A stretch of 64,000 bases of DNA from Trueperaceae bacterium (GCA_965215565.1 CBDCDZ010000004.1:1088001-1152000), one strand, 5' to 3'. Positions 9,614-21,071 are shown, counted from the stretch's first letter. Numbers and translations are program-made. The notes: a model not told the origin generated them from the letters alone.

Positions 9614-12600
9614 TTATTCGACGCTCAACCGCTCAAACTCGCTCTCAGCCACGAGCTTGAGGTGGAGCGTGCTGCCGCTATAGGCGTAGCCCGAAGCAGC
9701 GCTGCTACTAAGCGCACCGACACTGCTATACGCCTCCATCTCTTGACCGAAGCGCGTCACATTCGGCTGACCGGCGTAAGGTACGCGCACCGTGACCGAG
9801 CGCCCTGACCCCTCTTGCAACGTGACGGAGAAGCGCCTAGGCGTGCCGCCTGCCAGCTCTAAATCGTATGTTCTCTCTGGCAAGACGTTCGTCACGAACG
9901 AGTCTGCGGGTGAGCCGCCGACGCCGTACATCACGTGCGCCGCACCGCCGCGCCGCAACGTTACGGTCCTCCCCCGCTCGCCCTCCGTCCTAATGCTCAG
10001 CCTCGCGTACGCTTCGTCACAGACCCACATGTTCCAGTCGCTTCGTTCTTGGCAGTTGTCGGTCACCAAAAAGCGGTTGTCGTAGGTTACAAAGCGTTCC
10101 CGCGTGCCTGTGACCGAGCCGTCTATGTCCCGAAAGACCGTCGAGCGGTAGCCGTCCGCTGGGTTTTCGCTAGAGTCGTCCGGTACGGGTGCCATGTAGA
10201 CACGCTTGGTGTTTTCTGCGAAAGAGAGCCCTTGGGCGTAGCTCTCCGGGCTCATCGGGAAGGCGGTGAACTCGAGGGTGCTCAGCGCGCTCGCCTCGCG
10301 CCGAGCGTTCGGCTCGAAGCGGGTGAAAAAGCTGCTCTCTGCGCCCACTTTGCCGTCGTAGTACTCGAAGCCGCGGATGGGAAAGTCGGGCGCGAAGGGT
10401 CTGGGCAGGCTCCTGCCGTCCTCGCCAATTCTGTTCTCGTTGACCTCGTAATTGCGCGGCGTCCCTAAGTTTGCGCTCTCGCCGACCAAAACGCTCTCTC
10501 TCAGCACCGTTTCGTCCGCCGCGAAGGTCGCGCCGATGGCGTTGTCGGCGAGCATGGCCTCCTCCAGCGCGAGGTTGTAGCCGCGCAGCCAGACGCCCCG
10601 GTTGCGGTTTTTGTAAACCGTGAAGTCGGCAAAGACCGCTTCGACGGCGCTTGACTCGTCGTCACCCGGCGTCTCGCGAGGACGGTACGAGGCGACTTCG
10701 GTCTCGAGGTTCTCGTCAGGTCCGTTGTCCACGTGAAGTCCGTTAGTGCGGTTGGAATGAGCGACGTTACCTGAGAAACTACCGAGCGGGGTCTGGCGCG
10801 GCCATACATCGTCCGTTGCCGAGGGACCCGTAGGGTGCTCGGGCAGCGCAACCCAGAAGCCCGTACCCGCCGAGCCCGCCGCGATGTTATCTTCGTACGT
10901 GTTGTCTGGATTCGTAATCCAGTAGACCGCAGGACCGAGAAAGCTGTCGTCGGACGGGAGCAAGGTGTCGCCCTCTTCAGGTTCGTAGATGCTCAGACCG
11001 AGATTGCCTCTAAAGACGTTGCCCGTTTCGATACCGTCCTCTAAAAAGTAGCAGTGACCGGGCGCGTCGTACGCAACGTTGTCCACTACCTCGACGCCGT
11101 TCGAGCCGTGGATGGTCACACAGCGGTTGAAGCTGGTGTGGACGCTCGAGCCCCGCAGATATGAGCCCCTCGAGGTGTCGCCGTTGAGGTGAAAGTGAAG
11201 AGGGTAACGCCCCTGCTCGCTGCGCTGACCCATGCGCCGCAGCTCGATATGGGCGAGTTCCGCCCTGCCGCCCTCCATGACCATCACGTGTCCGCCGAAG
11301 CCGCCTTCTTCCGAGGCTTCATCGCCTTGCACCGTGATGCTGCGGCTCAGCAGTCCTACTTCAGCGCGTTCGTCGAGCGTTTTGCCGCCGAAGCTCTGCG
11401 TCTCGCCGTAGTGCATGAACTCGAGGGGTTCATCCAGTTCGACGCGGTCGCCGGAGACAGCGGTGATCATGCGCGTCTCAGCCTGCTCGTAGTCGAAATC
11501 GGTGGAGGCGATGACGATCTCGTCGCCCACACGCCAACCGCTTGCGTCGGCGACGCTCAGGGCGCTGTCGTCCGCTTGCGCCGTACTGCTGAGGCGGCTC
11601 CAGCTAGGACGCGGCTGCGCGTGCAAGCTGAGCACGCCCCCCGCCATGACGCCCAACACCTTCGCGCCCATCATCATCGTCGTCTGACCTTCGTCACCCG
11701 TCAGCGTAAGGGTCAGCGACTCCCTAAAGGGCTCCTCTGCAGTGCCGCACTCGAAGCGCCCCGTCACCATGATGAGGTCAGCCTTCACGTCCAGGTCGCG
11801 CTCGGCGCAGCGAAGCGTCCCTGCCACGCTGACGCGCCCCAGCGTCACGTCCGCGTCGAGGAGCACCGCTTGATCCTCGGTGATAGTCACGTCTGCGCCC
11901 TCGCTCGGCACCTGCCCGCCCCACGTCGCGGCGTCGGACCAGCGCTGAAAGTTTGCAGGCGCGGGTGACGGGCTCACACCATCGTCCACGCTCTCACCCA
12001 CGACGAACTGAGCTTTAACCGAGGTCACGTCCCCGGACGCTGAGGTGATGTCCGCCGTAACGGTGTGCTCCCCTGCGCTCAGGGCGCTCACGCCAAAGCC
12101 CGCCGCGAGACCGTCCGGGCGCGTCCGGGCGAAGTCGTAGAAGGGGACGCGCTCAACCGAAGGCGTGCCCGCCACCTCGAGCACGTCCCCGTCCAGGCTG
12201 AAGGTGATCTGCTCGGGTTCCGCCTCGGGCACGAGGAAGATGTAGACCTCGTCCGAGAGGGTTTGACCCGCTAAGGGTTCCGCCTCGGTACGTTCGGGCA
12301 CGAAGCTCACCAAGAGCTGGTCGCGCCACGCGCCACTGTTATCGACCAAGAACGTCGCCGTGACGACGCGCGTCTCGCCGCCCTGCGCTAGCGCCGCCGT
12401 GAGCGTGTGCATCCCGTCCTCTAGCTTCGTGCTGTCGAAGAGCGCATAGCCGGGCTCGAGGTCTAGTGCCCCGCCATCCTCCACATTGTAGGGCTCCCCC
12501 GTTCGCTCTGGGTTGTCGAGGTAGAAAGACGCCTCGTCTACCCCCTCCTCGTTGACGTAGATATAGACGTCGCCGCTGACGAGCGCGGCGTCTAAAAGCT

Positions 12601-12751
12601 GAGCGTCAGTGCGCTCAATGCTCGAGCTGACCGACAACATGCGCGCGCTGTCATCTCGGGCAGCCTCCAAGGTGTCCTGACTCTGATTTGCGCAGGCGCT
12701 CAGCAGCGCGAGACCCATCACGAGGACGAACTTCCAATAACCTATCTTCAC
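9614..12751 (-). CDS. Large lipoprotein with G8 domain and TMEM2/CEMIP-like beta-helix
   Basis: AAGGAG RBS + GTG at 12751, lipobox LLSAC; RWSDAATWGG (G8), DERAEVGLLSRSI, GRYPLHFH, SFNRCVTIHG, GHCYFLEDG. Confidence 0.8.
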   Translation of the reverse strand: MKIGYWKFVLVMGLALLSACANQSQDTLEAARDDSARMLSVSSSIERTDAQLLDAALVSGDVYIYVNEEGVDEASFYLDNPERTGEPYNVEDGGALDLEPGYALFDSTKLEDGMHTLTAALAQGGETRVVTATFLVDNSGAWRDQLLVSFVPERTEAEPLAGQTLSDEVYIFLVPEAEPEQITFSLDGDVLEVAGTPSVERVPFYDFARTRPDGLAAGFGVSALSAGEHTVTADITSASGDVTSVKAQFVVGESVDDGVSPSPAPANFQRWSDAATWGGQVPSEGADVTITEDQAVLLDADVTLGRVSVAGTLRCAERDLDVKADLIMVTGRFECGTAEEPFRESLTLTLTGDEGQTTMMMGAKVLGVMAGGVLSLHAQPRPSWSRLSSTAQADDSALSVADASGWRVGDEIVIASTDFDYEQAETRMITAVSGDRVELDEPLEFMHYGETQSFGGKTLDERAEVGLLSRSITVQGDEASEEGGFGGHVMVMEGGRAELAHIELRRMGQRSEQGRYPLHFHLNGDTSRGSYLRGSSVHTSFNRCVTIHGSNGVEVVDNVAYDAPGHCYFLEDGIETGNVFRGNLGLSIYEPEEGDTLLPSDDSFLGPAVYWITNPDNTYEDNIAAGSAGTGFWVALPEHPTGPSATDDVWPRQTPLGSFSGNVAHSNRTNGLHVDNGPDENLETEVASYRPRETPGDDESSAVEAVFADFTVYKNRNRGVWLRGYNLALEEAMLADNAIGATFAADETVLRESVLVGESANLGTPRNYEVNENRIGEDGRSLPRPFAPDFPIRGFEYYDGKVGAESSFFTRFEPNARREASALSTLEFTAFPMSPESYAQGLSFAENTKRVYMAPVPDDSSENPADGYRSTVFRDIDGSVTGTRERFVTYDNRFLVTDNCQERSDWNMWVCDEAYARLSIRTEGERGRTVTLRRGGAAHVMYGVGGSPADSFVTNVLPERTYDLELAGGTPRRFSVTLQEGSGRSVTVRVPYAGQPNVTRFGQEMEAYSSVGALSSSAASGYAYSGSTLHLKLVAESEFERLSVE

Positions 12752-13308
12752 ATTCACTCCTTCAGAAAAGACTTTCGTACATTGAGACGGTCTGTTCTCA
12801 TTCCCTCCTCGTTTGCGGCGCAAAGCGCCCTGACCCCTTAGTAGCGTGCAAAAGTCAACGTCACGCGGTGGAGCGAGAAGGTGCAGAAAGGAAGAGCGTG
12901 AAAGGAGCGCCCAGTGGTTACGTTTTGCCGGGCCGTCATGAAGCCATAAGGCATCTGCCGCCACCCTAAACCAGGACGCAAGTCTCTGCGTGGTTAAAGA
13001 TAGTAGGTAGAATGCTAAATATATCAGTGTGATTAGTCTCACACTTTGCTTCACAGACATTCGCAGTTTACGAAGGGCTCATGATAGGTAGAGGAGAAGA
13101 TGGCGAGCTTTGTGAGTTGACCTTTGGGGTCGCCCTAATACAGTTGGGGCGACTAAGAACGATCTGCAATCACGGAGACGAGAGGGTACTCGGTCAAATG
13201 CGCGGCGAACCCACTGAAAGCTACCTCGATATGAAATTTCACCGTTGCGTACCTGCTCGAGCTTGGTTAGATAAGAAAGAGGTCAAACCTCACTGAGAGA
13301 GGAGAAAG

Positions 13309-13930
13309 ATGAAGAAATTCGTGATATTGGTGGCGGCTTTCGGCGTCGCTCTAGTTCTGACTGCGTGCGGAACGTCCGGTGAAAGCGGCGCGTCGGCGCG
13401 GACGATTGCAGGTCAGGTAGAGGATTACGATGGGTTGGCGGGGATACTCGAGGCCGAAAATAGCTTCGACGATCTAGTTGACGTGGGTGAAGGCTCAATA
13501 AGATGCGAATGGAAATTTCACGCTTGAGCTGGACAGCACGGTTCCCGAGTCTGCTTTAGCTCCGCTGGAGTACCCCTGTGACGGGATCACGATGTCGAAT
13601 CCCGACGCGAAAGGTCTCACCATCGCTGAGCTAAGGGTAGTGTCGGAAGGTGCTACCGCAGGTAATCTGGCGCTGTCTAACGTAAACCCTAGTTCAGACT
13701 CAGCTTCTAGCAGCGTCACAGCGCGCTTATATGTCGATGGAGACGCAACTATCCGAGGTACGTGCGAATTCTCTAACGAGTTCGGTTCCTCAAAGCAAAC
13801 GCTCGACCTGAACTTAAAAAACGGCTGGAACATTATCTCTGCGGATACGAGCTTCAACGAAGCGAACAACAGCTACGAGGTCAAGGCGTATAACGGTGCA
13901 GCATCAGGCGTGAAGTGGTTCTACTACTGA
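13309..13930 (+). pseudogene. Lipoprotein split by a 1-nt insertion near 13500 (pseudogene or sequence error)
   Basis: Lipobox LTAC; removing one A at ~13500 joins GEGSI to DANGNFTLEL... and into ORF 13592-13930 (LNLKNGWN). Confidence 0.7.
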
Positions 13931-13969
13931 GGTTTTACTACTCACCGAGTCGAGATGAATATTAGAGCG

Positions 13970-14001
13970 AAGCCCCGTCACCATGCGGGGCTTTTCTTTT
14001 C
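13970..14001 (+). terminator. Intrinsic terminator
   Basis: AAGCCCCG...CGGGGCTT followed by T-tract. Confidence 0.75.
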
Positions 14002-14117
14002 ATATGTCATAGTAAAAACGTGAAATTCTCGAGAAACCTTTTTAGAGATGTCGATAAGGTGATAAGTAGCGCCGGGTCCTACCTCGACGCGACTCAGTAT
14101 CATAGCGAGGTCTCAGC

Positions 14118-15422
14118 GTGATTGAGCGCTACACCACCCCTGAGATGAAACACCTGTGGGGCGAGACGAGGAAGTATCAGGTCTGGCTAGACGTCGAACT
14201 CGCCGCGACGCAAGCGTGGGAGGACTTGGGCGAAGTCCCGGCGGGCACGGCGGCGCGCATTCGCGAGACGCTGCAACGTCAACCTCTCGACGACGCTTTT
14301 GCGGCGCGCGTCGCGGAGATAGAGGCGCAGACGAGACACGACATCGTCGCGTTCACCCGCGCCTTGACCGAGCGCGTCGGCGACGAGGCGAAGTATATCC
14401 ACAAGGGTTTGACGAGCACGGACGTGGTGGACTCAGCGCAAAACTTGGTGCTGCGCGAGGCGTTGGATATTATCATTCAGGACGTTCGCACGTTGCAAGA
14501 GGTCGTTAAAGACAAAGCGGTAGAATATAAGCACACGCCCTGCATTGGGCGCACGCACGGCGTCCACGCGGAGCCGATGACCTTCGGGCTCAAATTTCTC
14601 AATTTTTACGCGGCGCTCTCACGTGACGCCGAACGTTTGGAGCGCGCGAAGGACGCTGTGAGCGTCGTGATGCTCTCGGGCTCGGTAGGAACGTACGCGC
14701 ACGTGCCGCCCGAGATCGAAGAGAAGGTCGCGAAGCGGTTGGGGCTCCACGCGGACCCGGTCACGAATCAGACGGTGGCAAGGGACCGACACGCCGAGTT
14801 GATGAGCGCCCTGGCGATTTTCGGCACGACTTTGGAGCGCGTCGCCGTAGAGATTCGTCACCTCCAGCGCACCGAAGTGCGCGAGGCGCAAGAGGGGTTT
14901 AGGCAAGGGCAGACGGGCTCGTCGTCCATGCCGCACAAAAAGAACCCCATCGCCACCGAGAACATCTCCGGTACCGCCCGGCTCATGCGCTCGAACTTGC
15001 AAGCGGCGTTGGAGAACGTCGCCCTGTGGCACGAGCGCGACATCTCACACTCGTCGGTGGAGCGCGTCATCCTGCCCGACACAACGACGCTAGCGAGCTA
15101 CGCGGCGCGGCGCTTAACGGAGGTGGTACGCAACCTCGTCGTCTACCCTGAGAACATGCGCGAGAACTTGGATGCCCTGCACGGGCTCATCTATTCGCAG
15201 CGCGTCTTACATCTGCTGATCGACAAGGGGATGACGCGCGAAGACGCCTATGAGGTGGTGCAGCGTGGCAGCTTGACCTCTTGGGAGAGCGGCGCACCGC
15301 TTCAAAGCCTCATCCACGCAGACGCCGCGAGCCCCTTGACCGAGGACGAGCTAGCCGAGGCCTTTGACCCGGCTTGGTATCTGCGGCACGTCGATGAAGT
15401 TTACGCACGTTTTGGGCTGTGA
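14118..15422 (+). CDS. purB: Adenylosuccinate lyase
   Basis: [34 protein letters not shown]. Confidence 0.97.
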   Translation: MIERYTTPEMKHLWGETRKYQVWLDVELAATQAWEDLGEVPAGTAARIRETLQRQPLDDAFAARVAEIEAQTRHDIVAFTRALTERVGDEAKYIHKGLTSTDVVDSAQNLVLREALDIIIQDVRTLQEVVKDKAVEYKHTPCIGRTHGVHAEPMTFGLKFLNFYAALSRDAERLERAKDAVSVVMLSGSVGTYAHVPPEIEEKVAKRLGLHADPVTNQTVARDRHAELMSALAIFGTTLERVAVEIRHLQRTEVREAQEGFRQGQTGSSSMPHKKNPIATENISGTARLMRSNLQAALENVALWHERDISHSSVERVILPDTTTLASYAARRLTEVVRNLVVYPENMRENLDALHGLIYSQRVLHLLIDKGMTREDAYEVVQRGSLTSWESGAPLQSLIHADAASPLTEDELAEAFDPAWYLRHVDEVYARFGL

Positions 15423-15449
15423 ACGCTGTGGTGTGAATATTGTAAATAA

Positions 15450-15498
15450 AGAGGCGTCCTGACCCGAGCCTATATTAGGCTTACGTCAGGACGCCTCT
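15450..15498. terminator. Hairpin between convergent purB and sulfurtransferase
   Basis: AGAGGCGTCCTGAC ... GTCAGGACGCCTCT inverted repeat. Confidence 0.65.
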
Positions 15499-15572
15499 CC
15501 CTATTCTCACTCCTGAGATTTGCTTTCGTCTACCCAACCATCTCTTCCGGGCACCTCGAGCAGTGCGAGCGC

Positions 15573-16427
15573 CTAGCTCCCCTTCTCGATAGGTACGCCG
15601 ACGCTGTTGCCCCACTCCGTCCAGGAGCCGTCGTAGTTTTTAACGTTCTCGTAACCTAAGAGGTACTTGAGGACGAACCACGAGTGAGAGGAACGCTCCG
15701 CGATGCGGCAGTAGGCGATGATGTCCTTGTCGTCCGTGACGCCCTCTGCGTCGTAAATCTCCTTGAGTTCGTCGGCGCTCTTAAAGGTACCATCCTCGTT
15801 GGCGGCTTTCGCCCAGGGGATGTTGCTCGCGCCGGGGATGTGACCACCCCTTAGCACGCCCTCTTGCGGGTAGTTGGGCATGTGCGTCACCTCGCCGCTG
15901 AATTCGCCGGGGGAGCGCACGTCCACCATCGCGCCCTGACCGGCTTTGACCTTGTCGAGATGCGCCAAGACTTCGTCTTTGAACGCTCTGAAGTCGGGGT
16001 TGCGCTGACCGGGTGTGTAGGAGCCTCTTTCAAAGCTCGGCACGTCAGTGGTCATGGGTTTGTCCTCGAGCGCCCACTTCACCCGCCCGCCGTTCATGAG
16101 CCGCACGTCCTCATGACCACTGTACTTAAAGAACCAGAAGGCGTAGGCAGCCCACCAGTTGTTCTTATCGCCGTAGAGGATGATCGTCGTGTCGTTCGAG
16201 ATGCCTAAACGTTCAAAAAGCTGTGCCAGCTCGTCCGGCTGGACGAATTCGCGCATGGTGTCGTCCCACAAGTCGATGAGCCAGTCGATCTTCTGGCTAC
16301 CGGGGATGTGACCGGTATCGTACAAGAGCACGTCTTCATCCACCTCTAAGAGGCGCACGTTGTCGTCTTGGTGATGCTCCAGGACCCAGGCGGTTGAAAC
16401 GAGTACATCGGGGTTGGCGTAATCCAT
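15573..16427 (-). CDS. Tandem-domain rhodanese / thiosulfate sulfurtransferase
   Basis: GHIPG twice, YCRIAERSS active loop, [17 protein letters not shown] before MDYANP. Confidence 0.93.
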   Translation of the reverse strand: MDYANPDVLVSTAWVLEHHQDDNVRLLEVDEDVLLYDTGHIPGSQKIDWLIDLWDDTMREFVQPDELAQLFERLGISNDTTIILYGDKNNWWAAYAFWFFKYSGHEDVRLMNGGRVKWALEDKPMTTDVPSFERGSYTPGQRNPDFRAFKDEVLAHLDKVKAGQGAMVDVRSPGEFSGEVTHMPNYPQEGVLRGGHIPGASNIPWAKAANEDGTFKSADELKEIYDAEGVTDDKDIIAYCRIAERSSHSWFVLKYLLGYENVKNYDGSWTEWGNSVGVPIEKGS

Positions 16428-16680
16428 ATTTCCTCCAAATTGGTTTAATGTTGACATAAAAGCTCAATCATTGTTGAAGGCTGGCGGACATCACAATACC
16501 TGAGTGCGAGGACGATATATGAGTATGGGTGCCGTGCGCAGGACGTACGCATGTAAATTCGTGAGGTTTTATTCACATTCTATTTGTAACTCTTGAAGGG
16601 ACGGATTTCGGTTCTGTACCCTTTAGCAGCGAGCTTCGTGCCCATTCCAAAAGGTTTGTCGCAGCCACCTTGTGCCGAGC

Positions 16681-17684
16681 CTAAGCGCTTCCTTGTGGTT
16701 TACCCAAGAAGCGCGCGATAGGGCGTAAGCTGTCGAACTCCTCGAATATAAGAACGACAGCGGTGGTGAGCGGCACGGCGATGAACGCACCCCCAATGCC
16801 CCAAAGCCAGCCCCAAAAGACGATAGAGAGCAGCACGACGGTCTCAGACAATTGGAGGGCGCTGCCTTGAAGTTCAGGGTCGACCACGTTGCCCATGAGA
16901 ATCTGGATAAGCCCTAGACCGAGCAGAACGAGGAGCGCAAGCAAAGGACCACTAAAGGCGAGTGCGAAGAGTGTAGGCGGGACCACCGAAATGATTGAGC
17001 CGATCGTCGGCACGAAGTTGAGCACCAACGCCAACAGCCCCCACACGTAGGCGAACTCGAGCCCTAAAAGCCAGCAGAAGAGCCCCGTGAGGAGACCCGT
17101 AATCACGCTCGAGACCGCCTGCACCAAGAAAAAGCGCTCAAACTTGCCCGTCATCTTCGAAAGAGCGTCCAAAACCTTGCGGTTGCCGGGCGTCTGGAGG
17201 TTGCGGCCTAACTTGTCGCGGAATTCTTTTACCTCGAGCAGCAAAAACACGAGGACGGCGAGCGTTAGGAGCGCGACGCTCAGCGAGCCCAAAAAGGAGC
17301 CGAGCGGACCTAGAAACTGACTTGACCCGGCGCTGCCCTGCGGCGAGGAAAGTGGCACGCCGAGCCGCTCGCGGAGGGCCTGCACTTGTGCCTGCAACTG
17401 CTCGGCGTACTGCGGAACCTGCGGCGCGACGACCGACACGGCGTAGGCGACAGCCGCAAAGAAAAACCCCAAAAGTGCGAACACGAGAAGCAAGATGAGG
17501 AGCATACCCACCCAGCGGGGTACGTGTACGCTCAGCCGCTTCTGGAGCGGTCTAAAGACGAGCAGCAGCACCGCTGCGTTGCGAGCGGCAGCGCGACGGG
17601 CTGCGTCGCTCGCAACGCGGCGAAAACTAAAATAGTGAGGATAAGGGCGGCGAACGTCCTGATCTCTGCGGTTTGGTCTGTCAT
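16681..17684 (-). pseudogene. AI-2E family transporter with 1-nt deletion near 17577 (pseudogene or sequence error)
   Basis: RBS+ATG at 17684 encodes first TM (MTDQTAEIRTFAALILTILV...LPLA) out of frame with ORF 16681-17571 (LNFVPTIGS, FWGWLWG). Confidence 0.7.
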
Positions 17685-17891
17685 AGCGTCCCCCTAGCGT
17701 AAAACCTACGCCGCACCCGACCGACTGAACTGTAAGGCGTCTCTACATTCAGCCTCGCGTCTACTGATGCCAATCTAAGCAGAGGCTTTAGGACCACTTT
17801 AAGGTATGCGCCAGGCGAATCTAAAGGGAATACACCGCTTACGTTTTTGCCATTCCGACTACCTGCACGCTAGAGAGCGGCCCGGGCGCTC

Positions 17892-18986
17892 TCACTTCTC
17901 TGCAGCTTTTTGAACCTTCTGGCTCGAGGCTACAGGCTGCGCCAACTGCGCCTGCTCGATTACGGTCACGTCGTCTGCTCTAGGTTGGCTGAGCAGCACC
18001 GCGATGTTGCGCAGTGAGTCGAACTCCTGGCAGACCAGCACGATCGCCATCGTCAGGGGTACGCCGATGATTGCCCCGCCGATGCCCCAGAGCCAGCCCC
18101 AGAAGACGACGGCTAGAAGCACCACGAGCGGGGAGAGCTGTAGCGCCTCACCGATGAACTTGGGCGCGACGAAGTTGCCTGTCGTGAACTGCATCGTGCC
18201 GAGCCCTAAGAGCGCCGCGAGCCCTAGACCCACGCCACCAAACGCGAACGCGAAGAGCGTAGGCGGCACCACGGCGATGATCGAGCCGATCGTCGGCACG
18301 AAGTTTAATAAAAAGCTGATGACACCCCACACGAAGGCGAACTCGATGCCTAAAAGCATGCACCAAAGCGTCGTCAGAAGTCCGGTGACGAGGCTGATGA
18401 GCACCGTGACCCAGGCGTAGCGCGAGAGCTTCCAGGTCATTTGGCGGAGCGCGTGGGCGAACTTTTGGCGCTCCACCTTGCCCATGACTTGCTCCAACTT
18501 GAAACGCAAAGGACCCAGCTCGAGGAGCAAAAAGAGCAGGACCGTCACCACCAAAACCGTACTGCTAAACGATGTCGCCACGCTGCCTAGCGCGCTCAGC
18601 GCCCCCTGCGCAAGTTGCGCCGACGAACCTTCGTCGCCCGCTCCGGGCAGCGAGACGCCCAAGCGGGACAGTTGCGCCTGCCACGTCTGCAGTCTCGTTT
18701 CGAAACGCTCGGAATAGTCGGGCACTTCGACGGCAACCACCGACACGCTGTACGAGAGGATAGCCCAGAAGAGCGCCAACAGCGTCAAGACGATGAAGGT
18801 GACGAGAAAGGGACTCAACCAAGTCGGCATACCCCTGTTGAGCAGGCGCTGGAACGGCTGGAAGAGGATGACGAGCACGCCTGCAAAGGCGAGCGGCATG
18901 AGGACGGCTTGCGCTAGACTGAGCGCCGCCACACCTAGAATGACGGCGATGATGACGAGCAGCGTACGGCTTAAAGAATCGGACAC
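17892..18986 (-). CDS. AI-2E family transporter (tandem paralog)
   Basis: LLNFVPTIGS, FWGWLWGIGG; start estimated at GTG 18986. Confidence 0.88.
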   Translation of the reverse strand: MSDSLSRTLLVIIAVILGVAALSLAQAVLMPLAFAGVLVILFQPFQRLLNRGMPTWLSPFLVTFIVLTLLALFWAILSYSVSVVAVEVPDYSERFETRLQTWQAQLSRLGVSLPGAGDEGSSAQLAQGALSALGSVATSFSSTVLVVTVLLFLLLELGPLRFKLEQVMGKVERQKFAHALRQMTWKLSRYAWVTVLISLVTGLLTTLWCMLLGIEFAFVWGVISFLLNFVPTIGSIIAVVPPTLFAFAFGGVGLGLAALLGLGTMQFTTGNFVAPKFIGEALQLSPLVVLLAVVFWGWLWGIGGAIIGVPLTMAIVLVCQEFDSLRNIAVLLSQPRADDVTVIEQAQLAQPVASSQKVQKAAEK

Positions 18987-19150
18987 AGGGACCCCCACGT
19001 CAGCGTAGCACGCGAAGGTCAGGTTGAGGTGACAAGCAGACGTCAAGCCGGGCTCATTTTGTCCTCGAGCCTGCACTCCTAGAGCGCTGCACTGCGCTAT
19101 GCTGGCGGCGATGTAAGGCTGAACGCAATACAGACAATTGGGGGCACGAC

Positions 19151-19942
19151 GTGAGCGAACAGATGAGTGAACAAGGCGGCCAAGAGGTGGGTCAAGGAAA
19201 CAGCAACGAACGAATGAGCCGAGATGAGAGGCGTTCAGGCGAGGGTCACGAACAGAGCAAGCTGACCTGGCTCGTTCCGCTGGGGCTCCTCGTCTTTTTC
19301 ACGCTGCTCTACTTTATCTGGCCCGGCTTTCAGAACTTCGTCGATACCGCCGTCAGCATCTCGCTGAGCGGCGACAGGCAGCGGCTCGAGAGCTGGGTGG
19401 ACGGCTTCGGCGCGTGGGGACCCGTCGTGATCTTGCTGCTAATGATCATGCAGACCGTGATCGCCTTTATTCCCTCGGTCATCATCATGGTGGTGACGGT
19501 ACTCGCGTTCGGTCCCTTTTGGGGCGGCGTGCTCACCTGGACGGGGCTACTCGTCTCGGCGACAGTGGCGTTCGCGATAGGGCGGGCGCTGGGTCCGGTC
19601 ACCGTCGATAAACTCATCGGTCAGAGTACTGAGCAAAAGATGGAGGGGTTCGTCCACGAGTACGGCGTGTGGGCAGTGATCGCCGCCAGGGTCTCCCCGG
19701 CTCTGTCCACCGACGCGGTCAGCCTCGTCGCGGGTCTCGCCGAGATGGGCTACTTGCGCTTTATCGCGGCGACGGCAATAGGCACGCTGCCCCTAACGGT
19801 GCTCATCGCTTGGCTCGGCGCGGACATTAGCAGGCTCGAGGTCGGTCTTTTGTGGGTTTCTGTAGTAAGCCTGGCGATCTTCGTGGCGTATGTGATTTGG
19901 GACAGGCGGCGGAGCGACGATTCGATTGAGGAAAGTGCGTAG
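19151..19942 (+). CDS. TVP38/TMEM64 (VTT/DedA-like) membrane protein
   Basis: FGAWGP, QTVIAFIP, FGPFWG, AFAIGRALG, RFIAATAIG. Confidence 0.85.
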   Translation: MSEQMSEQGGQEVGQGNSNERMSRDERRSGEGHEQSKLTWLVPLGLLVFFTLLYFIWPGFQNFVDTAVSISLSGDRQRLESWVDGFGAWGPVVILLLMIMQTVIAFIPSVIIMVVTVLAFGPFWGGVLTWTGLLVSATVAFAIGRALGPVTVDKLIGQSTEQKMEGFVHEYGVWAVIAARVSPALSTDAVSLVAGLAEMGYLRFIAATAIGTLPLTVLIAWLGADISRLEVGLLWVSVVSLAIFVAYVIWDRRRSDDSIEESA

Positions 19943-20116
19943 GCAGGGGCGGACGCTCCGCTCGACGCCTATTCTGACAGCTTTAATTAGCTCCTTCAAG
20001 TAAGGGGTAATATGACGCAGAACTTTAAGGACGTGCCAACGTTCCTTCTTAAAGAGATAGGTGCTAGAGAGACGGGTGCCGATTCTAACTCGAATACGAG
20101 TGAAACTAGCAGGCGT

Positions 20117-20542
20117 TTATGGACGTTTTAGGGTAAAGGTGCCCGTAACATACGTGTCGCAGCCCGAAGAGATGTACGTTCCGCTAATCACGCCGTTCTG
20201 TAAAATACCTTCGATATCGTAGTCGCAAATGTCGGAGCGCTCGGAGTAGAGCGTGACATCAAATCCTCTATCAAGTGCGTAGCCGCGCATGACGCCCTTA
20301 TTCTCGCCGTCTGCAAACATTGCGCTCCACGCGCCGCCCAACCTCTCGCCGTTATAGTAAAATTCTCCGTCTTTATACTGCGTGAGAACATTGATAGTCA
20401 CGTTCGCTTCGCCACCTACGCTGTCTTGTAAGGTGCCGGACCAAGCGCCGACGTAGTCAAAAGGTTCGTTGCCCGTATACACGTCGCGCTGACATGCGCT
20501 CAACAAAATAGTGAGAAATAAGATCAAGAGGTATCGCGGCAT
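20117..20542 (-). CDS. Small hypothetical lipoprotein
   Basis: AAGGAG RBS, lipobox LLSAC, GAWSGT...GTFTLKR. Confidence 0.7.
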   Translation of the reverse strand: MPRYLLILFLTILLSACQRDVYTGNEPFDYVGAWSGTLQDSVGGEANVTINVLTQYKDGEFYYNGERLGGAWSAMFADGENKGVMRGYALDRGFDVTLYSERSDICDYDIEGILQNGVISGTYISSGCDTYVTGTFTLKRP

Positions 20543-20639
20543 GAAAAACTCCTTCGGTATTTTCAATACTTTATTTTCGTCTATGTACTGCGGTGTAGTA
20601 AGTTCATACGTCACGGTCTACCCCACACTGTTCGGGAGA

Positions 20640-21071
20640 TCAGGGCTGTTTTTGTAGCTCGAGCGTGCCCAAAGCGTAACGGGTGCACGAACGGGTGAGA
20701 TACGTTCCTCTAATAAGGTTGCTCGTCGCACTCGCCTCGAGGTCATACGTGCACCGCGAATCTAGCGCGAGTTGCAGCGTTACGCCGCTTTCTGCACCCC
20801 AAGCGTAGATGACGTCACCCTCTTGAGTCACCCGCCCGAAGCTCATGCGCCAAGAGCCGCCCATACCCGCAGGTTCTCCGCTTTCGTCTTCGAGGTTGTA
20901 CAGGTCTAAGGTAAGTACTCCACCCCCGCTGACGCTGTCTTCAACTGCGCCGCGCCACTGCCCGGTGAGGTCAGGTAGCGGCGCAACTTCAGGCGTGCCT
21001 CGATATAAACAAGCGCTTAGACCGAGACATAAAATAAGCGCAGCTACGTGGACTCTTTTTAACCTCGTCAT
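20640..21071 (-). CDS. Small hypothetical lipoprotein, paralog of neighbour
   Basis: Lipobox LSAC, GQWRG.EDSV.G, CxY...GTY...C pattern shared with 20117-20542. Confidence 0.7.
   Translation of the reverse strand: MTRLKRVHVAALILCLGLSACLYRGTPEVAPLPDLTGQWRGAVEDSVSGGGVLTLDLYNLEDESGEPAGMGGSWRMSFGRVTQEGDVIYAWGAESGVTLQLALDSRCTYDLEASATSNLIRGTYLTRSCTRYALGTLELQKQP

Noticed and set aside
12752..13060. N-terminal extensions in the ORF track (also 23119, 31285, 35198, 37083, 47272, 51592)
   Set aside because: Better starts with RBS, signal peptide, gene overlap or -10 box lie downstream.
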